Of a stretch of DNA of 64,000 nucleotides, positions 23,579-36,752 are shown one piece after another. Below the pieces are notes generated by a model. That model did not search any database. It saw only the letters and a list, made by a program, of their open reading frames with translations, and had not been told where the DNA came from. A program made the position numbers and the translations under genes. Location: assembly GCA_030704615.1 (NCBI GenBank), contig CM060731.1, forward strand, positions 25,420,001 to 25,484,000, read 5' to 3'. The stretch comes from Takakia lepidozioides (Eukaryota > Plantae > Bryophyta). The number at the start of each line of letters is the position of its first letter. Positions within the stretch are counted from its first letter, which is position 1.

Positions 23579-26569
23579 TGTGTTGTCCCGCCTCTCCTGC
23601 TGCGATATCCCCGCCCGCTGCTCCGTCTTTGCGATTGTAAGAGAACCGTCTCCAGATCTGGGAGCAGCCTGTTCGTAGCTTTCTCACGGTCACGACCCAA
23701 TCCACCAAATCACACCGAAGCCCAAGTGTGTCACTCTGCCTAGGCTCTCCTTCTAATCACATCCAGATTGCAAAATGCAATAGAGATCGCGCACAGCCGA
23801 GCTCCAGAGACGGATCGATCACGCACTGTCTTCGTTGCTATGTTATGAGGCAAGAGGAAGCGTGAGCCAGGGTTTTATCGCAGCTCCTCCCTCTTTCTTC
23901 GAACCCGCGTCCGCGCGACCGGCTCAACCGGTCGCCGCTCTAGAACATCTCGGAGACATTTTTCATCCATCCAAGCACTTTACTAGTGACCGCCGGTTCG
24001 TTAGTAGTGCCGACCAGCAGATACGAAAGGGGGCTAGTTTACCAGCGGTCGCAGCGTTTTGTACGAAAGGTAAAGTGATGGAGCGAAGCCGGCGCGAAAG
24101 CAAGCCAGAGTGCAGAGGTAAGTCACGTGCAGGGAATCTGAGCGGCCCATAACCGTGGCGGCTCCTGCGACGTAAATCACGCTCTCCGCTCGGCTGGACA
24201 CACCTCGTTGGGAACATTCAGGGTCCGCTGCACACCTGCACTGCACCTCTCCAGAGAGAGACGCGGACACATTTTCTTTTTTACTTTTTATATTTCTTCG
24301 CTTCCTGTATTTTTCCTTTTCGGGAAATGAAATAGTGGAGTGGATATAAGTTGCTTTAATTTGCGTCCGCCGGCAGCCGACACGACGGAGGAATCAATTA
24401 ACGGCTCCGTTCTCTTTGTCGTTACCGAGGGGCTAGTTTCTAGTTCGCCCACCAAATAGGCTGCAACCCGTGGTAAATTCTGTGACAGAATATTGAGTTA
24501 ATTACGAATGTTCTCCCCCAATAAATGTTACTCTACTAGACCGCCTTACCCCAAGTTTTTCACATCCTAAATTTCATATCTCCACACGGTTATTATACAC
24601 CCAAAAGATGAATACTAAATTTTCAAGGGCTTCCTCCCCTTTCTTAAAAATAAAATAAAAACTATAAAATACTAAAAACAGAATAAAAAAGAATCGATAT
24701 AGTTTTTTTCTTTTTTATTTACTTTTTCTAGTTAGGTGTAGCCAACTATAGTTGAACAAATCCGATCGGGCCCTCCAATTCCTTTTTTACCCATATTGAA
24801 GATTTGATATGTTATTTGTTTTCTTCTTAATCAAGTTTCATTCACAGAAGAAATCGGGGTTTTCAAGAAATCCCTTTTTCATTGCAGTCCGGAAAACCCC
24901 CTTCCACATATTCCATGATTTAGCCCCAGGCATTGGCCAGAATTTGCTTTATTCATACTTCGCACGATCAACAGACGTTGTGCATTTTGTGCATTTTGTC
25001 GCTTGTTTAGCGGCTTAGCGGCGTGCTCCGATACAGGCTCCCATGTGGTGGGGATGCCAACGGGAAGAGCATCGGAATGGAACACGGCTTGCGTAGGGCT
25101 AATAATCAAACCGAAAGGCGAAATTTCACCAAAAAAGTGGTCCCTATCACACGGAAGGTGTGAGCACCAGTGTCGCTCCCCACGCGGGTTGCGCTAGCGC
25201 CCAGATTCTTCCCAGATTTTGGTATCCTTCAGGCCCTCTCTTGGGCAAATCTGCAAACACACTAAAACACTTCAATTAGGGATTCTGTGCTCAAACAAGT
25301 AGTTAGGAGTTTTAGCTTCCTATCAAAATAATAATAATAATACCTATATAACTTATGTCTTTTCCTATTTTTTTTCCTTTTGGGAGGAACCAAGGAGAAC
25401 TGGAGAGGCATGAGGCCGCTCACAGAGAAGGCATCATGTTCCAAACTGGGAGCGTCTCTTTCTTTCTATCCTTTTTTGTATTAGACTAAAGGGCATCTTA
25501 TTTTTCTTTTCATTTTCTTAACGGGGAAAAGATCCCCACCTTTATTATTAGAAAAGTGATGTCTTTGCAAGTTGAAAATTAGGTTTTAAATTGTCTACAA
25601 AATATTCGTTATTCTATATTAGTAAGTCGTAATAATTTAAACATGAAGAAACCATTGCTGGATTTTAGTCACATAATTCACCGGGAGATCCTCCCTTGCC
25701 CGGAAATATCTGGAGGGAGTGTGATTTCGTAATTTCCCGGATTGTGGTCACGAGTCCTGAAAGGTTGACTGAGGTATTTTGTTATTTATTATTATTTGTA
25801 ATTCATTTTAGTAAATTGGGGAGGCTATCGACATTTAGTATCAGCAAAACTCAATTATGACGGCCCACGGATGACAGACTTGAACGCATGAAAAAAATGC
25901 AAATATATCAAAGACTCTAAAAACTGTTTTCAAAATATTTGTGCAGATGAGTGAGGGGGGTGGGAGAGGCCTAGAGTGGTAAATAACGGTAACTAACGGG
26001 GCTGGTCAATGGTCAAAAGGCGTGTTCAAAGTCAAGAGTCCCGTGGACTTGGACCACGCACAGCAATGGACGGCCCGTCCACTGACATGGACGTCTCTCA
26101 TCCATCAATTGTGCTCATCGAAATTTTCGAATTATTCCGAAATCCGGAAACCCAACAAAGTCCTACTTTTTTCTTTTCTTCTTTTTATGTGGGGGAAAAG
26201 GCTTGAACAGACTTGTTACAGGGGAAAAAAATTACAAAAAAATAAATAAAAATAAAAATAAAAACCCTCAAGAGGCCATAAGGCTTAAGCGTGAGGGGTC
26301 AATCCTGCGAGCCATCAGACATCCTACTTTTCTTTTTGCAAAAAGGTGATACCCAGTTGGTGATCACATTCATAAATGATATTGGCGTGTGTGTCGGATA
26401 GCATCATGGGTTCTTCCCTTTAAGACAATTTTCTTTATTCTTTTTTCTATAAAGGAAAGGGGAAGGAAGTCTGTTACTCAGATTAATGAAAGATGAACGA
26501 AAAAAAGGGTTTTAATTTTTTTTCCCTTCAATAATTCGAGTAAAGTCTTATCGGGATTCCTCCCCATTC

Positions 26570-26870
26570 CAAAAAAAAAGAAAAGGAAAAAATAACCCTT
26601 TTAGAACACGCCATAAAGCGTATTAAGGGGATACCACCCCCAGACCGATAATCCAAGCAAAAAGAGGCCTCCTACTTGGCTGGAGACAAGAGGGAGAGAG
26701 ATGGGTTTTAATCCTAGTCAGGTTCCTTGTGGTGGCGCCAATTACATCCAGTTCATCAGCCTCCCATTCTTGGGGGAGGTGGTCGTCCCAAGTTATCCAA
26801 GAGTCCCGGAGAATGGAGGTTGGGTAGCATGTGAGCAGGCTCACGAGAGTGGGCGTGAGCACAAAGGCAT
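26570..26870 (-). mobile_element. 3' fragment of a LINE related to the adjacent element
   Basis: DSWITWDDHLPQEWEAD resembles the ORF2 C-terminus DRCDWNKLPPRGWRDA. It is followed by GCTTTATGGCGT...AGGGTTATTTTTT, matching the 3' UTR at 34141-34175. Confidence 0.5.
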
Positions 26871-27099
26871 ATTCTAGATATTCCAAAAGATTTTGGAGGA
26901 TATGCATTTGCGAAATCAAAATGCGCTCACGTGGTAAGAAATACAAAACTATACCGTGCTCACGCGAAAAAATCAATGAAATAAATCGTCCAAAGCTTAA
27001 CTCACGTGAGCACAATGACCCACAAATATATCTGCCAGAACTCAAAGATCAGCGCACATAAACAATTTGGCATTCGGTAACATTGTGTGTAGAACTTCC

Positions 27100-30000
27100 C
27101 CAAGAACCACAAAAAAAAACGGGTTTTGCCAGCAAAATGCAAGCGGTTTTTGCCAACAAAACTTGGATTTTTGCCAGCGAAATTTGGTTTCGTCGGCGAA
27201 ATTGGGGTTTGGTTTTGCTTTTTGCTTTGTTTTTAAGGTTTCTCCCTTTCAAGCTCCTACTATATGTTTAAGATTGTATTTAGACACTATGGAGACCCTA
27301 TTAATGCAGAAAGACCCTATGTCTGACATACATATCACCCCTACAACCGTGGATCCTATGACGCAGCAATTTTTTTGTGCTTCACGCGGTACCAACCCCT
27401 CAGAGAATGTAAGAAATGCCAAAGGGAGAGGCGTCTTTTCCATGCAATTTGAGACTCAAGAGGCAGCGGCAAAAGCCCTCCAGATCAACCCACACTTGCT
27501 GGGGTTTAACATAAATATCTTTCCATGGTCAGCAAAGTGGGGACACAAAAACGGAAAGTTGTGGGGCCCAAGAATAGTATCTCTTCCATATATTCCAGAC
27601 CACTATCTTCTCAACATCCCTGACATTGCCAACCACTTTGGGTCCTTTCTGGGTTGCCTGGGGGTGTTTGATCCACTCATGAACACTGAAAGCATTAGAA
27701 AATACCCGACATGGAAACATGCCACAATAGCCTCAAGGCCAAATGATAATGGATTCACAAAAATGGTGCTTATGATGCCGAGGAAGACACAATCCCGGAC
27801 TATGTAAGGCTCCCCATCGATGAGGAAGGTAATTACTTTACAATCATACTGTTGGAGGAGAAGACCTCGGCAATGTGTTTCAACTGTGGAAAAACAGGCC
27901 ATATTAAGGCTGACTGTCCCTCGGGGAAAAGGAAAAGATCCCCAGGATCAGGAGGCAAGTCAGGCCCACTACCACCACTCAACCAGCAATGGAGGAGAAA
28001 AGACGTCCTCCCCCAAGCTGGGCAGAAGGAGGCACACGGAAAGATAGCCCAGAACACATACCTGCTGCAGATCAGTCCAACGCCAAGGGAACCAAGGACA
28101 CATGGACAACACTCAGATCCTATGTATCTCGAAGCTGGGAAGATGCTCCCACCAGCACACAAAGGAAAAGGATCAGGCACTGAGCAAGGGAGGGAAAGGC
28201 AATCCAAATCCTTGAAGGCTGGCCTCAAACCGGAATTGGATCCCAGGGGAATTTACAAAAGCATGCAGTCAGGTATAGCCAGCAACCCAATCCTGGCCAG
28301 ATTGTGCCTCACAAGACTCAACACATACCCCAAATTGATCCTAGGGGGATGTTCACAGTTGGACTCGGACGATATCCCCAGGGCATCTTGTGTTACTCCC
28401 TTGATCTTCAGGAAAGGTAAGCCTCCCTCCATTCTTATCTCCTTTGGAAACATAGAGTGCCTGGAATCACTATGGATTACCACAGCGGATGTCAAGGCCT
28501 TCATTGCCACATGCCCGTGTGACCCACACCCTATGATAAAGGCAAAAATACAGGAGTTCTTCAAAACCCACCTCAAGCACTACCTCATCACTATATTTTC
28601 CACGATCGCCTGGGGGGCATACAAGGAAGTTCACCCGGGCCTCACAACCAAACCTTCCACTCACATCCTGGCTCTTCTTGAGGAAGCAGAGGTGTATCGT
28701 ACCCTTGCCCCTCCAGGAGCGCTATGGATTAATGAGTCGGCGCTTATCAGGGTTTGGGGGTAGGGCGGTTTCAAGATCAGGACAAGAGATGCACTGCGCA
28801 GCACCTTCACCTTACTCTCAATGAGGCTAGACGTGGAGAGAACCACCGAATGGAGCTGCAGAGAACCAGGGAGCAAGTGGGAGGAGCAAGACTGCCCACA
28901 ACCTCTTCTTCATCAATCGACTCGGTATCAGGGGGAGCTAGAATGGCCTCATCACCAGCCCCCTTACATCTGGAGATCCAGTCCAAAGGTAAGGGAGAAG
29001 CCTCTCCACCGCCTGCAACTCAATCGCAGGAACCCATCCAAACCCAGGTGCAACCTCTCACCCTTCCTTGTTTCATTTATCAGCCAATTGCAAATGATGC
29101 GAAGAGATGTTGGTTGCTTTGTAGAAAGCCGGGACTACGTCATAAGCCGGAGCATAGACGATCTCTACCTGCCATCCTCATCCCCCCAACACAACCAGGG
29201 GAGTCAGAACATCCCCTGGCCAACATCAGACATATCATCCACCAAGCCTTGCACCGGGGATCGCTACATGAACGAGTTTATCCCCTCATGCATCATCATC
29301 CCCAACAAAGACCAGTTTCAGATGCACCCCAACCCAATACAAGAGGACCCACGAGAGCTATCTCTGGTGGCCATGGTCAAAATCAAAAGGCTAAGCCCAA
29401 AACCCCCCGAAAACCTCCTATGGGTTAAATCATTGTTGCCATGTGACAAACGAGTCAGATTCTTTGTTCACAGGCCATCATTTGGGTCCCTTGACCACAG
29501 CCTGACAACACTGACTGATGCAGATTAACCTTACGTCCTGGAACGTAAGGGGTCTGGGCTTGGACCCTTCCTCCCACAAAAGAGTAAGGCTATCCTCATA
29601 CCTTTGCCCCTTAGTCAACCAGACCACCATAGTCTTCATTCAAGAGCACAAACAGAATCAAGCCAAAATAGACAGTCTTACAGATCACCTATGGCCAAAG
29701 AATTTATCCCTCTGGAAACCCACCTCGGAGGGGACTCGTGGAGGAACGACAATGCTTTTCTCGCCAGCCACTCATACTCTCATCCACTCGGAAGAATCTT
29801 GGATATCAGGTAGAGCCCAGTTTTGTTCCTTAGTCCTGCCAAACAACCTTGGCACACTGGGGTTAGTAAACATTTATGCCCCAAATAGTACCCAGGAAAG
29901 AATAACTTTCTGGTCGGAACTGAACACCAACATGATGGCCCAACAGGGCATCCACCAATGGATTGTTGCTGGGGACTTCAATATGGTGGAGCAAGCCACA

Positions 30001-33000
30001 GATAGAAGAGGCCTGGGATTGGCGGGACAGATCTCATAGGATGTGGATACGTGGCAGCAACTTGCCCAAAACCATAACCTGGTAAAGACTGATTGGATCC
30101 ATCAGCAGACAAATAGGACCAATCAACCATTCTTCACATGGTCAAATGGTCAGGACTTATCTCACCTGAACATGGCAAGACTGGATAGGATATATGCATC
30201 AGTAAATATCATCCAGTGGTCAGCCCAAAATAACCAAGAACCCATTCCAGTGGGCTTTGACCATGCGCAGGTCTCAGCCACAATTTCCATCCCAAACTCT
30301 CATGCTAGGGGGAGAAGAATCTATAGGCTGAACGCCTCCCTCCTTTCCATCCCAGCCTTCAAACATGGATTAGCGCTAGCTTGGTCTCAAGCGGGGAATG
30401 GCTCCAACAACCTAGTAGACAGATTCCTTCTCAAGCTGAACGCAATAGCAGCAGCCAGCAAAAAGCTCAGCAAACAAATCACGGAAGCCAGGAAAAGGAA
30501 GTTCCAAGCCTTGAAGAAATGCCTTAAGGTTTGCCAAACCAGAATGGAATCCCCTAGATGCGACAAATCTACTTACCAAACGTACCTGGAGGCAAAGAAG
30601 AATATGGAACTCTTCCAATCGTTCAAGGAATAGAAGTTTAGGCTCCAGGCTGGTATAAACTGGTCAACAAAGGGTGAGAAGATGACCAAATATTTTTTTG
30701 ATAAAGCCAGGCAGAAAAGAGCGGCCCACTCGATTGCGGAACTCAAGGACCCTATCTCCGGCCACTCAGCAAAAACTCCCAAGGAGCTGGCGGCATTGGC
30801 TGCCAGCCACTTCAGGAGCCAGTTTCACAGCGATTCGAGCTGCCAACCCCTAACCCTTGAGCAGACCCACAGCCTAGATCACACCCCTAAGCTAATGCAT
30901 CCCTCGGAGGCCCAGTCGCTGGATGGTGAATTCACGGACATAGAGCTGCAGGACGCACTGGACAAGCTTCAGAACGGTAAATCCCCAGGCCTTGATGGAA
31001 TCCCGGCAGAGTTCTATAAATCGTTGTGGACACACATAGTGCAAGATTTTCTGGAGATGGCTAACCACATCTTTCTCACTCGGAGCATGCCACCCCAGTT
31101 ATCACAAGGGGTCATCATCCTCCATTTTAAGAAAGGGGACAGAACAAACATTGGAAATTATAGACCCATAACCCTGCTGAACGTGGCCTACAAGATAATT
31201 GCCAAAGCCTTGGCAATCCGCCTGCAGCCCCACCTCCTAGTCATCATTAGACCCAGCCAAACTGGCTTCATTAAAGGCAGATATATACTAGATAACTTGC
31301 TGTTGGCCCAGGAAATTCCAGTCTTTGCAAAAAAAACCAACCAGGCTATTGCAATGCTTCTTCTTGACTTTGAGAAGGCATTCGATAGAGTGGAGTGGTC
31401 CTTCCTACTCGGGGCACTCCACAGGGTGGGAATTTCCCAGGAGTTCTGCTCAAGGGTTCAAACACTATTGATGGGGTTGTCCAGCAGGGCTCTCCTCAAC
31501 GGGCATCTATCCAAGTCATTTCCACTGCTCCGGTCGGTACGCCAGGGGTGCCTCCTGTCTTCCTTCCTCTTCATTATAGCAGCAGACACATTGGGCCATA
31601 TGATGGAGGCAAGTCACCACATCACAGGTCTTCATATTACAAATCACTTCACTAGACAGCCGCAGCAAATTAAGGAATCCATGTTCGTAGACGATGCGTT
31701 CCTAGCTTTACAGGCCACACGCTCCAATCTAGATAATGCCAGCAATTTACTACAAGCATTCTGCCAGGCATCTGGATTCAAGGTTAACTGGGGCAAAACG
31801 TGTGCCCTTCTCGTGGGAGAAACCTCGGCCTCTACTCTGGGAGTCGACCCAACTTGGGGGCAGGATAAAGGTTTTAGATGGCTGAAACCAGGGCAATCAA
31901 CAACCTTGCTAGGTTATACGTATGGCATAGATCTATCAGATCAACAAATTTTTGAGGCAACGCAAAACAGATTTAAAACCAAGCTGGCTCATTGGGGCAG
32001 CTACCATTGTCTTTAACTGGTAGGGTGCTGGTAGCCAATCAGGTCCTATCAGCTGGCCAATGGTATTTCACCTCAGCATGGAGGCCCAACGAAATGCAAG
32101 TGAATGAAATGAAAAAGCTCCTGTGCAACTTTGTCTGGGGGGCAAAACACCCCTCAGAGAAAAAAAGGCCACAGGTGTTGTGGAAGCAGATATGTCTACC
32201 AAAGAAGAAAGGGCGACTGGGCATTATAGACCCACAAACTCAGTTTACTGCAATCCTAGCAAAATGGATCCCCAGATTTATGGGACCAGAAGGAGGGGCC
32301 TGGAAACACTTGGTAAGCGACAACATTGCCTTGGCCTCTCCTCTGAAGACGGTTATCTGGAACCCCTCTTATAGATGGATGGTAAACGGGTTCAAACATA
32401 AACAAGTAGGATCCCCCCTGTGGACGGCAATTTGGCAGGCATGGGCCAAGCGCAGGCCCTATCTTACAAAATCAGACCCGGAATCGTACGAAGAAACCCT
32501 CCGCCAATCCCTGTTTCTCAATTCCAATATCCCACATACAGATTACAAAAATCAGGCTCGCAAATGGTCTGTCTGGGAGGTTCATGGCATTTATAGGGTC
32601 AAGCACATCTGGTCGAATGCCAGCTTCCGGTCTAAAGATCAAATTGCGGCCTTCGTAGGTGCAGTTAGAGCCACCAAGTCATACGATACCATTCTCCGAT
32701 CAGTGTCTGCACTGTGGCTACCTAACCTTATTAAAGGCCCAGTAATGCCCAATGACACTTTCTGGACGCTGGGTATAATCGATAGCACTATTACCATTCT
32801 GTTTGTCACCGGAATAACCGAATACCAATTATTTGGTTATCACTTTCACTGCGAAGTGAACTCCATGAGGCTTAAATTCAAAACCGTCAACCCCTAGCCA
32901 CCCCTCGTTTCACCCACACCCCCATAAGGGTCTGCTGGTGGACATCCCCAGCTAAGGAGATGAACCCTCTCCCACTGCTCACCACTTCCTTGATTAGCTG

Positions 33001-34290
33001 CTGGCCAGCCCAACATTTGTATGGATAGGTGGGAGACCCCTACAGGATCTGGACATGGATCACAAAGAGTGGCGGTGGAATTTTAGGCCATCCTCCAAGC
33101 CATTTTTTGAGTACACAACCAAAAAAGCATACTCGGCAATGCTGAACCCCCAGCCCCTATTGGGTAAATGGAACGAAAGATGGAGTCACCTGAACTTCCA
33201 GATGGAAAACTGGAACTCCATCTGGGGGACGATTTGGAACAAAACAAGACCAGCCAAGGTAGCAGCGTTTCTCTGGCAAATTGCAAACAAGGCTATAAAA
33301 GTGGGGGAATGGTTGGGATTTGATGCTGCCCTCCTTTGCAAATGCCGTTCGGCTGCCCCAATGGAAACAGTAGAGCATTGTCTGCTCCATTGTCACGGAC
33401 CAGCTGCAGTCTGGCCCCTCGTCGCAAGCTTCTACAGAACCTGTGGACACATAAACCTCACACCGGCGGCCATTCTGCTGAATTATGACCCAGCAACAAA
33501 AACAAAAGCCAATCACTGCCCAGTTTACGATACTCTTAGAAGCGCTACGCTCTGGCACCTCTGGAAAATCAGATGCGAAAAAACCTTCAATGCAAAAACA
33601 ACTAGAACTTCCTCACTCCTCGCAAAAATCTACATAGACATACAAATTGAAGCCAGGAAAGCATGGAAAAAACTATGTACAGATATCGAGAGGGCACGAT
33701 CGGACCACCAAGCTTCCCACCTACACTCTACCTTCATTGCGACCTGGGGGCGGAATGGGATCATCTGCAACAGCCCCAATCCGGATCGCTGTGACTGGAA
33801 CAAACTGCCCCCAAGGGGTTGGAGAGACGCCACGGGTACCGTCCACAGCCTCACCGGAGTTTGACATGGATATCAACTGGAAGCACGTTAAGCAATCATC
33901 AAAGGCCTCCAGGCTCAGCTTCCGCTAGGTCCGTCGGGCAAGCAATCCGCTGGAGCAGGCCTAACCGTAGCTAGTTTTTGACTATAGCAGCTATGGTTTT
34001 GAGAAACACACAGTATTGAATCCGGTGGGATCGCCACCACTTAGCAGCATTACGCAAAAAGGCCAAAGGCCTCAAGCCGGATAGTTCATTATTACTCATC
34101 ATGAGTGGTTAGGCTCCGATTCACTGACTACGGTGTGTGTGCCTTATGGCGTAATCAGAGGGTTTAATTTTTTCCCTCCCAATAACCATCTATGTAAGGG
34201 CCGCGCCCACCAAAAATATTTCAGAATAAGTTAACTAGGGCTCCAACCTTGTTAACCAAAAAAAAAGAAAAAAAGAAAAAAGAAATAAAA
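27100..34290 (+). mobile_element. Near full-length degenerate L1/Tx1-type LINE (ORF1 plus ORF2 APE-RT-zinc finger, A-rich tail)
   Basis: ORF1 ~27289-28763 with CFNCGKTGHIKADC. ORF2 29518-33864 with SWNVRGL, IQEH, NIYAPN, AGDFN, RLDRIY, DH, then SPGLDG, YRPITLLN, LDFEKAFD, VRQGC, FVDD, and CKC...ETVEHCLLHC. TAG stops at 30037 and 30631 and two frameshifts. A-rich tail 34258-34290. 5' boundary approximate. Confidence 0.93.
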
Positions 34291-36574
34291 TGACTAAGAC
34301 AGAGAACTGGTATAGCTAAGAGTCACTTCGCCTTTTGGCTATCCCTTTCCGGGGCAGGCCTTACAAACAAAAAAGATTGCGATCTATGTAGGCTATATCT
34401 ACTCTGTGGGTTCCGGTTTTTCTAGTTTGCGTTTCTTGGTGATAATAGTAAGGATCATAGAGCGTAGCCCATTAGCATGATATTATTAATATTAAATGCT
34501 ATTATTAATATTTGAAATAGTAAGTTAACTTTACGATCATATTCTCACCAAATTTAGAAAACTTCATAGTATAGCATATTGCCTAAAAATAAACAACGCA
34601 TCCGTATATTGTGATGAAAATTGAAAATAATAGCTATGGATGTCCCTTTTAGCTAACCATCGGCGCACGGGAGAAGCTTTGTTGGTTGATGATTCTGTTT
34701 TCATCCATGAAAATTGTATTATAAGCATTGCACCGTGATAGAGACGGTGTTGAAAGGCACCATAGCACATCACCAAACAACGACATCTTGGGCTCAACCT
34801 AATATATTCTTGGTACTCTATATAGCTGGTTTCTGGATTAGATGAATGAAAAATGAAAACTAACCTAACAGCAAGCAGGGAGGCAGAGAGAGCAGTAAGG
34901 GGACAATGGTCAAGAGTGAAGGGCATATGGATGGTGAGAGAGAATGATCGAGAAACCTTGGATGAAGAGCTTCATCAAGCTTTTTTTTTGCCCTTGAATG
35001 AGGATGCGGATTTGCAGGTTGTTTTTCTTTTTCTTTTTCTTTTTCTTTTTTTCCTGTTTTGCGAAAGGAGAGGGAAGCTTGATTAAAGCAAGGAAAAAAC
35101 TAAATTTTGCAGAGCCATACAGAAAATACAGAAATGGGTGAGCCCAAGCGCCACAACAAGACAAAAATGACATCAACCAACGATGAAAGCAGGCACTGGT
35201 TTGTCAAGAGTTAGTCAATTTTATGTAGCCTGATGTTTGGTGAATTCAAGATATATCACCACTCATCTGCTGAACCTACAATGTGGCCAAATCTGGGGAA
35301 AAACTTACGAAGCCTACCTTTGGAACTCCAATAAAATTGCATGCATAAATCAATGGGAGAGGTAGCAGAATATGGTGGAGTTACAACATAGTACGATATG
35401 AATTGCTCGGCCAAGAGACATCTAATAGAATTGAAATAGATAGGAGATAGGCCTTGGAAATTCTCTTATGTGAGTAGGAATTCCAAAGCGACTAGCCGAT
35501 CCGCCCAGATCCGCACTAGTCGCAGTCCCGTTCAAAAGAACGAACAATACTTGACAAATTGGGTCCTCTGAATACATAGTTGTATTTAACTTGACAATTA
35601 GAGGTATGATCAGAATCATGTTTGAATGATATCATGCAAAAGTTGACTCATGCCATAGCGAAAAACAAACATGACCTAATGTTGCGTTTTATCTTAGGGG
35701 ACTATTACTTTTCAACTGGAATGTGGTCATCTTCTATGTGCCCTGACTGAGGCTGAACATGGTTGCCCAAATCTCCCCCAATGACTCAAAAGTCCTATGT
35801 TACTCACACATATTGTGGTTGGTTGACACGTCCACCTCCCATTTATAGTTGGGTTGGTCATAATGCATGACATACAAACAAACAATATAAATTCTTGGGT
35901 TGAAGCCATCGTAACTCGGAGCCACTTCACCTATGGCTATGGTCCGTCGGCCCTACATGTCACATCCAACATACACCTATGTTATTTTGAACCCCTGTCC
36001 CACATTTGGCCCAAAATCGATGAACGACATGACTCTTCCCTTAAATGTGTTCCAACATTCCACCATAGGCCCAAATTTATTATGAAAACTGTTCTTGCTC
36101 CAACCCACCCTGAGCTAGCAAATGTGGAGCTCTAACAAAAGTTTATGCTCCATCTACCGTTAGGGTGTTAGGTGTCTTTTCAAAAATGTCAATTGAAGAA
36201 TATTCCACCCTCTCGTCATACACATTGGCATACTGTTCCCACATATTTAGTAGGTGGAACATGCACAATATCCCAAGCAAAACTTTCTAAGTTACTGTGC
36301 AACAAAGTTGAGGTGGTAGGTTCATGAAGAAGCCGCCTATAATTTTCGTGCCTTGGTATATTATGAGGAGGTTGAAATCAAAGGCTGGATATGTTTCCTC
36401 CAGTCCTTGGACGTGCTCCAATGCACACTTGGAGAGGGAGTTGTTTGATTTACCCCATCATTGGTGTTGCCGGTGGTGTCATGTAGAAAACAACTTTTCT
36501 TACAAAGAGATAGGGTAGGGTAGTTGGCTGGTTTTGGGTGAGCACACCTCTTAAACTTATGTTAGGGCTTTAAC

Positions 36575-36752
36575 AGATAAAGATAAAGATAAAGTTTCTT
36601 TAACGTCCAGTGAATTTACAGAGCCTACTGCTCAACACCCGGGCCAAAGGCCCATTGGACGGTCTGAAGGCACATGTTGAAGGATTGAACCCAGGATCAC
36701 CTAGGTTATGCACAGGCAAGGCACAAATACCCAACCACTGGGCTACCTGCTC
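36575..36752 (-). mobile_element. tRNA-derived SINE
   Basis: On the minus strand: A box TAGCCCAGTGG (36745-36735), B box GGTTCAATCC (36691-36682), an unrelated body and a (TTATCT)3 tail. Confidence 0.72.

Noticed and set aside
28754-29528. Two overlapping 224- and 235-aa ORFs as extra LINE genes
   Set aside because: Low-complexity with no motifs; more likely a frameshifted ORF1 tail or inter-ORF region.
35200-36540. Possible decayed coding or TE fragment
   Set aside because: No recognisable motif in the frames I examined.
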